Shown here in pieces: positions 42,353 through 52,507 of a stretch of 64,000 bases of DNA. The stretch is from the NCBI GenBank assembly GCA_964566255.1, contig CAZMID010000004.1:3441-67440 (forward strand), in the 5' to 3' direction. Position numbers and translations under genes: made by a program. The stretch's first letter is position 1. Every line of letters begins with the position of its first letter. The notes under the pieces are model-generated. The model searched no databases and had not been told where the DNA came from. It saw only the letters and a list, made by a program, of their open reading frames with translations. Source of the stretch: an uncultured Planctomycetia bacterium. GTDB taxonomy: Bacteria; Omnitrophota; Gorgyraeia; Gorgyraeales; Gorgyraeaceae.

Positions 42353-43434
42353 AAGTTCTTTCTTTTCTTCTCTAGGATAGATTTCAATACTTCAAGAAAA
42401 CCTTTAATGTCGTCTTCTGAAATAAGGCCGACTGTCCCAATGCGAAAAGTCTTATCGCTCAATCCCTTTACAGGAACATATATCTCATACCCCATTCTTC
42501 TGCATTCCTGATAAAGATATTCATAAGTAATCCCATCGGGCAGAAAAACAGTCGTCATTGTATTAGAGAATAAACCTTCCTTTAAATATAACTTTAAACC
42601 CAGATTTAGCAAACCATCTCTCAAAAGCCTCGTTATCTTTGCATAATGCCTTATCCTTTTATCCATACCCTCTTCTATTAGTTCTCTTAACGCTTCCCTT
42701 AATGCATAGAATGTCTGAACAGCTGGAGTAAAAGGTGTCTGACCTTTTCTCTCATAATCAAGGTGTCTAATTAAACTAAGGTAATATCCTTTTTCTGTAC
42801 CTTTTGAACATAATTGAATAAATTTATTCGATGCCAATACAAAAGAAAGACCAGCTGTTCCCCTTATACATTTATTTGCACTTCCTATTATAAAATCAAT
42901 ACCCCAATCTTTAAGGTTAAGTTCCTCACCAGCAATACTAGATATTGCATCTACCATAACCAAAGAACCTTTTTCTTTAGCAAGTCTTGCTAAATCCTTC
43001 AAAGGATTAAGCATCCCTGTGCCTGTTTCATGATGGACAAGATAAGTTATTGCTGGTTTTACTTTACCCATTGCCTCTGAGGCTATATTTAAATCAATTG
43101 CACCAGAGTCTGGAAAATTCACTCTATGCACATCTAATCCATTTAATAATGATATTTCATATGTCCTCTCGCTATACGCTCCGTTAGAAACTACCAGAAT
43201 AGGTTCAAGTGTATTTTTTAATGATAATAAAGAAGCCTCTATAGCTGCTGTTCCAGAACCTGTAAATATCACTGGACTATAACCTTCTGAGCCAGGACAT
43301 ATCTTAAGCAATAGATTGCGTGTTTCTTCAAGTAGCGCTTTAAAATCAAGACCTCTATGGTTTATGTCAGGTCCTAATAGGGCACGCCTTACATTTTCAG
43401 AGATATTAGCCGGGCCAGGTGAAAAGATTATCAT
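42349..43434 (-). CDS. Class V PLP aminotransferase, 2-aminoethylphosphonate transaminase-like
   Basis: FSPGP, GSGT, NGAYSER, HHETGTGMLN, DAISS, SANKCI.G..G, TPFTP. Confidence 0.88.
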   Translation of the reverse strand: MIIFSPGPANISENVRRALLGPDINHRGLDFKALLEETRNLLLKICPGSEGYSPVIFTGSGTAAIEASLLSLKNTLEPILVVSNGAYSERTYEISLLNGLDVHRVNFPDSGAIDLNIASEAMGKVKPAITYLVHHETGTGMLNPLKDLARLAKEKGSLVMVDAISSIAGEELNLKDWGIDFIIGSANKCIRGTAGLSFVLASNKFIQLCSKGTEKGYYLSLIRHLDYERKGQTPFTPAVQTFYALREALRELIEEGMDKRIRHYAKITRLLRDGLLNLGLKLYLKEGLFSNTMTTVFLPDGITYEYLYQECRRMGYEIYVPVKGLSDKTFRIGTVGLISEDDIKGFLEVLKSILEKKRKNL

Positions 43435-44939
43435 AATAGACCTTCCCTCTTTAAATATATCTTTGTTAGTCGATTAAAAGCTTGATTACCTTCTTTATCG
43501 AATTTCTCGCATCTTTTAATTTCAGGCCACATTTCCTTTGGAAATCTAACATACATCGCGAATGTCCTTTGTAAGCCTCGGATCTGCTTTTGTCCCAGAT
43601 GCGGCATCTTTATTATAGCCTCGGATCTATAGTCGCCAGCCAAGGCATCTCTATCTAAATAGCCCTTTTCTATAGCAAGCTCTCTTAATTTTGTTCCTCT
43701 ATATGGGTTAAATATATTCACGATGATATTGTCTGCATCTATATTCCTGTTTAACTCAATAGTATCAAAAATAAGCCTCCTTGTTTCCGTAGGAAATCCT
43801 ATAACATTATTCGCGCAAGCCCTTATCTTTGTCTTTTTTGCTATACAAAATGCCTTTATAATAGAACGGTTAGTTACCTTCCTATTAAGCACTCTGTTCC
43901 TAAATTTATAACTTCCATGATCAACACCAATGCTCATCCCTTCACATCCAATCTTCCCCAATTTTAAAATCCTTTCTTCTGTTACAGCCTCTGGCCTTGT
44001 TTCTATCCAAAACGGTAATCCTATATTTTTATATCCCTCTATAAATTCATTGAATCTATCACTATCCATTAAAAGGAAATTTTCAGCTACTATATATAAA
44101 TATTGCAGGCCGTATTGTTTTTTCTTCGATCGTATCTCTTTCATCAAGGTATCTATCTTTCTATACCTATAATAATGACCGTGATGTTTGTATATATCCT
44201 GAAGACTCTTGTTGCAACAAAATGCACAATTATAAGGACATCCTCGATTCATCTCAAAAGAGCCAGCGATATAAACCTTGCCGCCCATTGGCTTATAGAA
44301 ACGTTCTTTTTCGTATATACTCCAATCGGGTTCCGGCAGCTTATTAAGATCTACCAAAGGTCTAACTGGATTCTTGTATATCTTGCGTCCTTTTTTTACC
44401 CATAAGTTTGCAACATGCGTATAGTCTTTTCTATCCTTGATCCTATCTGCTAACTCTACTATAGCGCCTTCTCCTTCTCCGATACATACCATGTCAACTG
44501 CCTTTTCGCGAATAACCTCTTGGGCTGAGAATGTAACATGGATGCCACCTATTATTGTCGGAATCCTTAAATCTCTTATTGCATTTAACAATCTTAACCC
44601 AATCAAATATGTTATTTCTACAACCGAGACTGCTACTAGGTCTGGCTTGAATTCATTAATCAATTTTCTAAAATCGCTGACCATATCAGTCTGTTTAGGA
44701 CGAATACCAAAATCTGCCAGATTGGTATATCTTACCTGCAATGTCTTCACCCTGGCATCATCTCCTGTTTCTTCCCGGGTTTTATAAAAAGTAGTATCGA
44801 ATAACTTGACTTCATGACCAGCCTGCTTAAGACAAGCTGACAATATAGATACGCCCAAAGGAATCAGATTATCCATGAAGCTATTAGCCAAAACCAACAA
44901 CACTCTTATCCGTTTCTTTTTGCTTCCATGGCTATTCAT
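43431..44939 (-). CDS. Cobalamin-binding radical SAM protein #3 (inside the phosphonate cassette)
   Basis: PLGVSILSA, GGIHVT, GEGE, RGCPYNCAFC, PYRGT. Confidence 0.88.
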   Translation of the reverse strand: MNSHGSKKKRIRVLLVLANSFMDNLIPLGVSILSACLKQAGHEVKLFDTTFYKTREETGDDARVKTLQVRYTNLADFGIRPKQTDMVSDFRKLINEFKPDLVAVSVVEITYLIGLRLLNAIRDLRIPTIIGGIHVTFSAQEVIREKAVDMVCIGEGEGAIVELADRIKDRKDYTHVANLWVKKGRKIYKNPVRPLVDLNKLPEPDWSIYEKERFYKPMGGKVYIAGSFEMNRGCPYNCAFCCNKSLQDIYKHHGHYYRYRKIDTLMKEIRSKKKQYGLQYLYIVAENFLLMDSDRFNEFIEGYKNIGLPFWIETRPEAVTEERILKLGKIGCEGMSIGVDHGSYKFRNRVLNRKVTNRSIIKAFCIAKKTKIRACANNVIGFPTETRRLIFDTIELNRNIDADNIIVNIFNPYRGTKLRELAIEKGYLDRDALAGDYRSEAIIKMPHLGQKQIRGLQRTFAMYVRFPKEMWPEIKRCEKFDKEGNQAFNRLTKIYLKREGLL

Positions 44940-45493
44940 GCAATAACTCCTTTTATACGTCGAGTCAATGCCTCTGGCATAAGAGAAATTCTGGCAGCAT
45001 CTTTTAAACTCTCTGATTCGACTTTTAAGAGTAAAAAAGAAGGACCAGTCTCTTCTATGACATGCGAAAATATCCTAGTCAACTCATTCTCTTTATCGAT
45101 TTTATACACATGATCATATCCTGCCCCACTAGCAATACGTGAAAGATCGATGTCCTTTGAAATGCTTGGTTGATTGCCTGTCGATTGATAAGACTCATTA
45201 TCCAAAACAATATGTATGAGATTTTTTGGTTTAAATGAAGCTGTCATAGCCATGCTCCCCATGTCCATCAAAATACTACCGTCTCCATCGAATATTACTA
45301 CTTTCTTATTAGTATTCAACGCAATCCCTAGACCTACTGCTGAAACAAGACCCATAGATCCAAGCATATAAAAATTGGCCTCTCTATCTTTGGCGCAAAA
45401 AGCATCTCTACTAATCATGCCAGTAGTAAAAAGCGCTACATCCTCATCCTTTAATAAATCCAGTATTACCGTTATAGCGTCGAATCTCTTCAT
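44936..45493 (-). CDS. Phosphonopyruvate decarboxylase, beta (ThDP-binding, ComE-like) subunit
   Basis: TTGMISR, NFYMLGSMG, DGDGSILM...DNESY.STG.Q; follows pepM. Confidence 0.85.
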   Translation of the reverse strand: MKRFDAITVILDLLKDEDVALFTTGMISRDAFCAKDREANFYMLGSMGLVSAVGLGIALNTNKKVVIFDGDGSILMDMGSMAMTASFKPKNLIHIVLDNESYQSTGNQPSISKDIDLSRIASGAGYDHVYKIDKENELTRIFSHVIEETGPSFLLLKVESESLKDAARISLMPEALTRRIKGVIA

Positions 45494-45978
45494 CCTACCA
45501 TTCCTTTCTTCAGGATAATAGCAACAGGCCTGGAGCTCTTATTCATTTCTTCAACTGCCCAATCAATATCCTTTGTAAAATCTTCAGTCAATATTAGAGT
45601 CGGGATACCTAATTCCTTAAGTAAAGGTAACATCTTCTTCCCCATAATAATATGCTCGGGCTCGTCTTGCTGCTGATACCCCCGCCAGGTAATAAACATT
45701 AATACAGGAACCTTGTAAATAAGGTTAAAGGATGTAAGGGCATTAATAATGTTTCCCAGGCCTGAATTTTGAATTAATATACCACTTTTCCTGCCTGCTA
45801 GATAAGCGCCGCTAGCTATACCTAAAGCCGCATTTTCTCTAACTGCCGGGATATAGTCTATATCAGAATCACTTAACGAACCCTTTAATATCTCTTTTAA
45901 GATAGAACAAGGGACTCCGGAAAAAAAAGTAAACCCTTTCTTTTTTAAATGGTCCCAAAAATTATAATACGAAATCAT
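45490..45978 (-). CDS. Phosphonopyruvate decarboxylase, alpha (ComD-like) subunit
   Basis: FSGVPCS, RE, QNSGLGN, WRG..DEPEH. Confidence 0.85.
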   Translation of the reverse strand: MISYYNFWDHLKKKGFTFFSGVPCSILKEILKGSLSDSDIDYIPAVRENAALGIASGAYLAGRKSGILIQNSGLGNIINALTSFNLIYKVPVLMFITWRGYQQQDEPEHIIMGKKMLPLLKELGIPTLILTEDFTKDIDWAVEEMNKSSRPVAIILKKGMVG

Positions 45979-45990
45979 ATTATTTCTGCC

Positions 45991-47649
45991 TCATTTAATA
46001 AGCGAACAAGCCAATTTGTAATCCTCAAACGAATGGATTTCCAACCATCCTGAATTAATCTCTATCCCGTTTACTTTATGTCCACAGTTTATGATTTCCT
46101 GGATTAGATCTGACAAGTTTGCTTTTTCAAAAATAGGGGCACTGTGGAACGGTTTCCCTCGATAATCATGAGCTGATCTAGAATATATATCCTTGAAGAT
46201 CTCTGTCCCTCTTGAAGACAAGAGCATTAATCCAGGAAATTCATAGTGAGCTTTCTTAAGTTCAATATCCAAACCTATCTTCTTTATCTCTTTTGTAGAG
46301 CTACCCCTAAGTCTTCTTCTTGTATTAATAGGTTTTGAATCTGATATAACCAGATCTACTCTTTTCTTAGGTCCATAATTTTTCGAATCAAAGGTAGAAT
46401 CTAGAAGAATAGTAATATCTTCCTTACTCTGTAAAAGTTGATCTAAGATAAAATAGTCAAAAAGTATATCTGAGTAAGCAATAAAGGTCTTTCCTGTCAT
46501 ATATTCACTAGCACGCATTACAGAATTTAATATTCCTGTTGTCTTATAATCAGGATTACTGATAAGCTTGATACCATCCATATCTATCTTTTCCTTTTTA
46601 TACCCCCCGATTACGCAAATTTCTGATATCCCTGCTTTATTAAAGACCTCTAACTGCCTCTTTAATAAAGGTCTACCATTTATGTCTAACATAGCTATAG
46701 GAATTTCACTAGAAACATCTTTCATAGAATACTCTTCTATATGGTCTCCTGCTGCAGGAATAAATGCTGCTACCTTTTCTTTTTCCGCTCGCAAATAAAC
46801 TCTTTCTGCCTTTTTCATCTGTGGCATACCTTGAAGCTCAAACACCTGCTTCATAGAAGTGATTTTTTCCTCTACACTACCCACTGTTCCTGTCCGTTTA
46901 ATCTCATCAAACACCCCCTCCATAGCCCTGATAGCTGCCCTTATTCCCTGATTTGCATAGATCACCATCTTCACGCCAATGTCTTCTAATTCTTTGGAGG
47001 TAACTTTACAGTAAGTAGTAGGAACAACTATTAAAGGAACTCTATTTTGCCATCTCCTAGCAAAATCAAATATCTCATTGGGCTCACTTGATTTAGAATG
47101 AATCAGTATAGCATCTGCTCCTGCATCTATATAGGTATGGGCTCGTTTTAGAGCCTCTTCCATGCCCCAACCTGCAATTAGCGCTTCTACTCGAGCTATA
47201 ACCATAAAATCCTGGTTTTCCTGTGCATTCTTAGCAGCCATAATTTTCCCTACAAACTCAGGTATAGAAGCAAGCTCTTGCCTGCCAGGGATATAGCTAT
47301 TTACTTTTGGAAACTGTTTATCTTCAATACACACTCCAGCTATACCCGCTGTCTCATACTTTTTAACCATATGAACCACGTTATTTGAGTTTCCATATCC
47401 TGTATCGCAATCAGCAATAACTGGGATTGAAACAGCATCGTTCATTTCACAAGCCCTTTCTAAATATTGTGACATCGTAAGGATATTGGCGTCTGGGACA
47501 GCATAAGAAGTAGATATCTCTAAGCTACTCGCCCATATTCCATCAAATCCATTCCGCTCTACTAATTTTGCACTCAAGCCATCATGTGCACCTACTATTT
47601 CTATTAAACCTCGTCTGTTAAAAAGGCTTCTTAGTTTTGTTGTTTTCAT
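45991..47649 (-). CDS. pepM: Phosphoenolpyruvate mutase fused to a C-terminal nucleotidyltransferase-like domain
   Basis: PepM signature EDK-X5-NS (EDKQFPKVNS), DCDTGYG, ARVEALIAG, LIHS; C-terminal PAAG, GYKKE, YSDI, WLEI. Confidence 0.93.
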   Translation of the reverse strand: MKTTKLRSLFNRRGLIEIVGAHDGLSAKLVERNGFDGIWASSLEISTSYAVPDANILTMSQYLERACEMNDAVSIPVIADCDTGYGNSNNVVHMVKKYETAGIAGVCIEDKQFPKVNSYIPGRQELASIPEFVGKIMAAKNAQENQDFMVIARVEALIAGWGMEEALKRAHTYIDAGADAILIHSKSSEPNEIFDFARRWQNRVPLIVVPTTYCKVTSKELEDIGVKMVIYANQGIRAAIRAMEGVFDEIKRTGTVGSVEEKITSMKQVFELQGMPQMKKAERVYLRAEKEKVAAFIPAAGDHIEEYSMKDVSSEIPIAMLDINGRPLLKRQLEVFNKAGISEICVIGGYKKEKIDMDGIKLISNPDYKTTGILNSVMRASEYMTGKTFIAYSDILFDYFILDQLLQSKEDITILLDSTFDSKNYGPKKRVDLVISDSKPINTRRRLRGSSTKEIKKIGLDIELKKAHYEFPGLMLLSSRGTEIFKDIYSRSAHDYRGKPFHSAPIFEKANLSDLIQEIINCGHKVNGIEINSGWLEIHSFEDYKLACSLIK

Positions 47650-49132
47650 TTTGATCTCCTTTGACTTTCCTAATAATTCTATTCATTAAGCTAATAGGCT
47701 TCTGGTTTAAAAAAATATTAATTTTTACCTTTATAGAATCACTTAGTTTCTGAAACTGTAATTTTAACTTCAGCATGGCCAATATCATTTTCCTCTTCTT
47801 ATACCATGCATATTTAATGTCTCTAGATAATGCCTCTATCCTTTTCTGCAGAGTCTTATTGCTAAGACTGGAGTAATTTATAACCAAACGAGATGCATTT
47901 TCAAGCCTTACCATATACTCATCAACATTTTGAATTATCCCTTTTGACAAAGCATATTCAAAAAGTGTTGACCCGGGATAAGCTGTAGCATAGAAAGTAC
48001 CTATCGTCTTAACGTCTTCTCCGATTAAAAATTCCTTTGTTTCTTCAATTGTTTCAATTGTCTCTGATGGCATCCCAAATACCATTGTAGGACTAGCATA
48101 AATACCAACTTCATTACACCATCTAATAGCCTTTCTATTCTCTTCTACAGTAATCTGCTTATTCATTTCCCTTAGGATAGTTGGGCTACCGCTTTCAATT
48201 CCAACATCTATCTCGTAACAATGGGTATCTTTTAAAATCCTCAAAAGCTCTCTATCTAAACTATTAGCACGTGCATTTATCCGATATGGTATATCCAAAC
48301 CGCTTGCTTTGTATTTTGCGCAAAAATCTATCACCCAATCACGATGCATAGTCATTAATTCATCTGCTATGCAAAATAAATCAGGAGAATATTTTCTACT
48401 TACAATAACCATATGCTCAATAAATCTATCTACGGAATGCTGCACAAAATGCTGTCCAAAATTCCTAGAACAGAAGAAACAATTGTAAGGACATCCTCTA
48501 CTGGAAAATAATACAAACTCAAAAATCTTTTTGCGTTTATCCTTCTGTCTAATATAGTCCCATTGTGTACTACTGGGGTTGATAAAATTGCGATAATAAT
48601 CAATATCTATCAAATCATATGGCGGAATCATAACCTCAAAATCCATGTCTTTCACATGAAGACCTGGCTTGATGACAACCTTTTCATCTCTGCGATATCC
48701 AATCCCATCAAGGTCATCTAAAGCCTTATGGTGTAGAAGGCGTTCTGTCAACTCAGAAACTATAGGTTCACAATCACTGGTAACTATGACATCTACATCA
48801 ATGAATTTTAAGAAAGTTTCTGGCATTGTCGAGGCAACAGATCCACCTGCCATAATTGGGATAGAATCTCCGTATTTCCGGCGGAATAGCGGGACAAATT
48901 CCTTCCAAAAATAGTAAGATGTGGAAATTCCTGTAATACCAAGTATATCAAAATCCAACGCAGCTATATCCTGAAAAGTTTCATAAGGAGTATGTTTTTT
49001 TATGTGAGAATCAACTATTTGTATCTTGTGTCCATTTGCTTTAAGTACGGCGGCAACTGCTAAAAGGCCATGGGGTATTTCGTTCATTGGCCGACTGCGA
49101 TATGTTGGACCCAACAGTAATATATTCGCCAT
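47618..49132 (-). CDS. Cobalamin-binding radical SAM protein #4 (immediately upstream of and overlapping pepM)
   Basis: PHGLLAVAA, GGSVAS, SRGCPYNCFFC, GIESGS, YPGS. Confidence 0.86.
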   Translation of the reverse strand: MANILLLGPTYRSRPMNEIPHGLLAVAAVLKANGHKIQIVDSHIKKHTPYETFQDIAALDFDILGITGISTSYYFWKEFVPLFRRKYGDSIPIMAGGSVASTMPETFLKFIDVDVIVTSDCEPIVSELTERLLHHKALDDLDGIGYRRDEKVVIKPGLHVKDMDFEVMIPPYDLIDIDYYRNFINPSSTQWDYIRQKDKRKKIFEFVLFSSRGCPYNCFFCSRNFGQHFVQHSVDRFIEHMVIVSRKYSPDLFCIADELMTMHRDWVIDFCAKYKASGLDIPYRINARANSLDRELLRILKDTHCYEIDVGIESGSPTILREMNKQITVEENRKAIRWCNEVGIYASPTMVFGMPSETIETIEETKEFLIGEDVKTIGTFYATAYPGSTLFEYALSKGIIQNVDEYMVRLENASRLVINYSSLSNKTLQKRIEALSRDIKYAWYKKRKMILAMLKLKLQFQKLSDSIKVKINIFLNQKPISLMNRIIRKVKGDQNENNKTKKPF

Positions 49133-49144
49133 AACTATCCCTTC

Positions 49145-50650
49145 CTAAAACCTCAATAGGGCGAGTCTTTTAATAATGCGTCTATTATCAGGAGATAATA
49201 AGTTATACCCAACTACTTGAGTTATTCCGTAAATAAACGCCATTATCGTAATAATCTGAAATACATTTATACCCTTCATGAATCTTTGTGCTATAAAAGA
49301 TAAAAAGAAACATAAGAAAAAATGTGGTACATTCGGCACAACAGCCTTACGAAGAAAGTCCAGAACAGAAATCGATAGAATCCTACAATAACGAAATACA
49401 TAAAAATTTGATGCTAAAATCCATGGAATAGCTGTACCCCATGCTACTCCTGTAATACCTATAAATCTTATAAGTAAAAGGCTCAAGCCTAAATTGGCCA
49501 CTGCTACAAAACCATTGATCCTTACGGGCTCAATAATCTTGCCCTTGCCTCCGACTACAGCCTGACTTAATATTGCTATCATGATATTAAAAAACCAATA
49601 ACTTAAAAGAATCTTACAGGGTAATATAGAACCTGAAAACCTTACACCGACCCACGCTAAAATAAAGTCATCCACGCTTATCAATGCAATGATAACAATA
49701 GGGATTAATATGCCTGAATGAATCCTCGTCGCATTAATCACCATAGCGTCTCTATTGTTTTTATTCTGCTTGGCAAATTCTGCTACTATAACAGGATATA
49801 ATGGGCTGCCGAGTAAGGCATTAAGCCTTCTTATATAAGTATGAATGATAAAAGCAATAGAATATACTGCAACAGCATTAACACCTAAAATAGCCCCGAT
49901 TATAAGGTTGTCAATCTGATATATAATAAGCCCAAAAATACTGGCGACAAAATACCATCCGCTAAATTTAATAAGTTTATCCCTTAAAGACCTTGGAATA
50001 GGTCTTAATCTGAAACGAAAGTTAGGTATGAGCTTTATTGCAACGACGATGTTCACACAAGAAACTACAACAGTAATAAACTGCAATAGGGCTATGTAAA
50101 ATAAATATGATCCTGAATATGTCAATACTATCAGGGCAAGCGGAATGTTAAAAATTGAAATGACCAGGCTGACCTTACTTATAATATCCATCCGTTGAAA
50201 TCCTTTGAGTACCCCCTGAAATGGAATAACAACCCATACAAACATAGATGAAACTGCATATATTAATAATAAAATCCGACCCTTCACAACTAATTCTGCC
50301 TCTATATGGAATAACCTCTCATAAAAAAAGGACAGGGCAAATAAGGAAATAGCCACTAAAATTCCCAAAACTACAAAAAACTTAATACCGAAATGTAAGA
50401 TATCTGATACTCGATCCTGTTTTCCTTCGCCAAAAAATACTGCAGTAAATCGCGATATCCCTGAAGCCAATCCAAAATCCAATATATTAAAATAACCAAC
50501 AATAGATAATATCAAAACATTCAACCCATATAATCCTAAATCAACATGTCTCAGGATAAAGGGTATCAGAAAAAAACTAGTCAAAACCAAAATGAACTGG
50601 GAATAAGCCGAAAACTGTAAATTGCGACCTAATCTATCTACTACTGACAT
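49145..50650 (-). CDS. wzx: Polysaccharide flippase (Wzx/MOP family)
   Basis: About 12-14 TM segments, DFGL...SRF, QIDNLIIG, GITGVAWG. Confidence 0.85.
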   Translation of the reverse strand: MSVVDRLGRNLQFSAYSQFILVLTSFFLIPFILRHVDLGLYGLNVLILSIVGYFNILDFGLASGISRFTAVFFGEGKQDRVSDILHFGIKFFVVLGILVAISLFALSFFYERLFHIEAELVVKGRILLLIYAVSSMFVWVVIPFQGVLKGFQRMDIISKVSLVISIFNIPLALIVLTYSGSYLFYIALLQFITVVVSCVNIVVAIKLIPNFRFRLRPIPRSLRDKLIKFSGWYFVASIFGLIIYQIDNLIIGAILGVNAVAVYSIAFIIHTYIRRLNALLGSPLYPVIVAEFAKQNKNNRDAMVINATRIHSGILIPIVIIALISVDDFILAWVGVRFSGSILPCKILLSYWFFNIMIAILSQAVVGGKGKIIEPVRINGFVAVANLGLSLLLIRFIGITGVAWGTAIPWILASNFYVFRYCRILSISVLDFLRKAVVPNVPHFFLCFFLSFIAQRFMKGINVFQIITIMAFIYGITQVVGYNLLSPDNRRIIKRLALLRF

Positions 50651-52496
50651 TTATTTCTCCTTGCACAAAACGTTCATATTCAGTATAAGAAAATTGTCTT
50701 ACATAGGTATCAATAAATCCACGGGCCCTTACATCTACCCCTTCTAATGATTCTGTTTTTAAAAAATCTGCTAATTGCGACTTAAGCTCATCTATAGTTT
50801 GAGAATAAACTACCCTCTCCTTAAGGAGAATAAGGGCATCTTCCCCTATTGACCATGATTCCTGATTAACCATCAGAAAAACTGGTCCAACATACTGTTT
50901 AAGGACCTGCAAGAGTACAGTTGATGGATTATCAAGGATAACGAAATCATAATTACTAACTAAGGCCTTATTTATTAAAATATCGCTATACGAAACCGAA
51001 CCATAGCCTTTCTCTTTTATATATCTACTCAGTTCAAGATGCGCTTGATGACCTTTTAATCCCTTAACTACTAGTTCTGTCTCGGTATTAGAGCCAAAAA
51101 AATCGATTATTTGTCTAGTTGCCTCGAACTGCAACACACTATTCCACTTAACCCGACCTTGACTATAAAAATTACCAATTACAGCTGGTATAAAAAGTCC
51201 CTTCTTTGAAGTGGGTAAGCTATTTACCTCAGAACCATCTCGAACTAGCTTCCTGTTAAACATATTTGACCCAACCTGAACACAAACAAAAGAACTATCT
51301 TCTTTAGATCCCGCTATACCATTGGAATCGTTCCTTCCAAAAGATAAAAAATAGTCAGCGGCCTTATAATCCGAAACATGCTGCAGAAAATGACTGCTAT
51401 ATCCATAAAACCCGCCATGCTGCCATACCGCTATTTTTCCATTAGCTTCTTTTGTCTTTTTAATAAGAAAATATGAGCTTAAGTGGACAGGGGCTAAACT
51501 GAAAATCATCAAATATTGCTTCTGACTATCCAAACAGGTATGCCAAAATAAATCCACATAATCTTGCATCCACATTGTATCATTTAAATATTGGACAATA
51601 GTATTATGAAACCTTTCGGCAAAATCAAATTCAAAGTCAAAGAATTTGCAGCGATAAGGCTTGGTTACCGACGTAGTGCAATCAGAACTACTCTTCTTAA
51701 GAAAACTCCTAGTAATCAGAAAGCGGAATAATTTACTCCATGAATGTAGATATGGCATTCGCCCGCCATGAAAAACCTGAGGAAATAAACTGCGAGAAGA
51801 ATAGACCCTATTATAATTAATTTTATTATCGTATCCGGGCCTAACCAAAATACAATCATGGTCTTTTCTGTTAAATGATAACACCTTCCAATAAATAAAT
51901 TTTAACGTATGCAAAAAAGGATTTAAATCAGATCTCTGATTATAAAAAATCGTCCTGGGTTTCTTTCGAAGGTCTCCACGATTCAGGCATCTGGTCTTTA
52001 CGCCTTTACTTTCAAAAAAATCTCTAACTAAACTACTAAATGAAGCCATTTCGAGCAATAGACCACCTTCATTCAACACCCTGTTTCTCTGTATCAAAAT
52101 AACTTCTTCCACTGGGCATTGATTTAACAAATCATTGCAAAATGAAATGATTCTATGGGTTGCGACCCAAATAGATAGCCAAAAATATTCCAGTGGAAAA
52201 GAACCCTCTGATGCATTATCGACAACCTTATTATTCAAACATAGCTCTTTTAAGAATTTTTGAGATTCCCCATAAAGTCTTTGCGTAAGAATAGAGCAAT
52301 CAACCTTTTCGCTTATGCGAGGAAGAAAATAATTTTTTTCAACTTCCTGCCACATAAGCTGCATCATAGGCAAAAAAGTAATAGGAAACCAGCAAAATTC
52401 CTTTGGAAGCACCTCTTTATAGAGTCCCTTAAAAGCTACAAAATCATTCTCATCAATTAAAATACAGGCTGTTTTATAATTAGATTTTTCTTTCAT
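50634..52496 (-). CDS. Hypothetical surface-carbohydrate protein, candidate nonulosonic-acid transferase
   Basis: Soluble 620 aa with a QHGGxYG motif; lies between the nonulosonate genes and wzx. Confidence 0.5.
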   Translation of the reverse strand: MKEKSNYKTACILIDENDFVAFKGLYKEVLPKEFCWFPITFLPMMQLMWQEVEKNYFLPRISEKVDCSILTQRLYGESQKFLKELCLNNKVVDNASEGSFPLEYFWLSIWVATHRIISFCNDLLNQCPVEEVILIQRNRVLNEGGLLLEMASFSSLVRDFFESKGVKTRCLNRGDLRKKPRTIFYNQRSDLNPFLHTLKFIYWKVLSFNRKDHDCILVRPGYDNKINYNRVYSSRSLFPQVFHGGRMPYLHSWSKLFRFLITRSFLKKSSSDCTTSVTKPYRCKFFDFEFDFAERFHNTIVQYLNDTMWMQDYVDLFWHTCLDSQKQYLMIFSLAPVHLSSYFLIKKTKEANGKIAVWQHGGFYGYSSHFLQHVSDYKAADYFLSFGRNDSNGIAGSKEDSSFVCVQVGSNMFNRKLVRDGSEVNSLPTSKKGLFIPAVIGNFYSQGRVKWNSVLQFEATRQIIDFFGSNTETELVVKGLKGHQAHLELSRYIKEKGYGSVSYSDILINKALVSNYDFVILDNPSTVLLQVLKQYVGPVFLMVNQESWSIGEDALILLKERVVYSQTIDELKSQLADFLKTESLEGVDVRARGFIDTYVRQFSYTEYERFVQGEINVSSR

Positions 52497-52507
52497 AATA
52501 TAACTCT

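Noticed and set aside
44936-45978. comD/comE as coenzyme M (sulfopyruvate decarboxylase) genes, or a frameshifted ppd
   Set aside because: Adjacency to a PepM with the EDK-X5-NS motif indicates phosphonopyruvate decarboxylase; the two subunits have a clean ATGA overlap, a known split form
45991-47649. Isocitrate lyase / methylisocitrate lyase
   Set aside because: It has the PepM EDK-X5-NS motif rather than the K(K/R)CGH lyase motif
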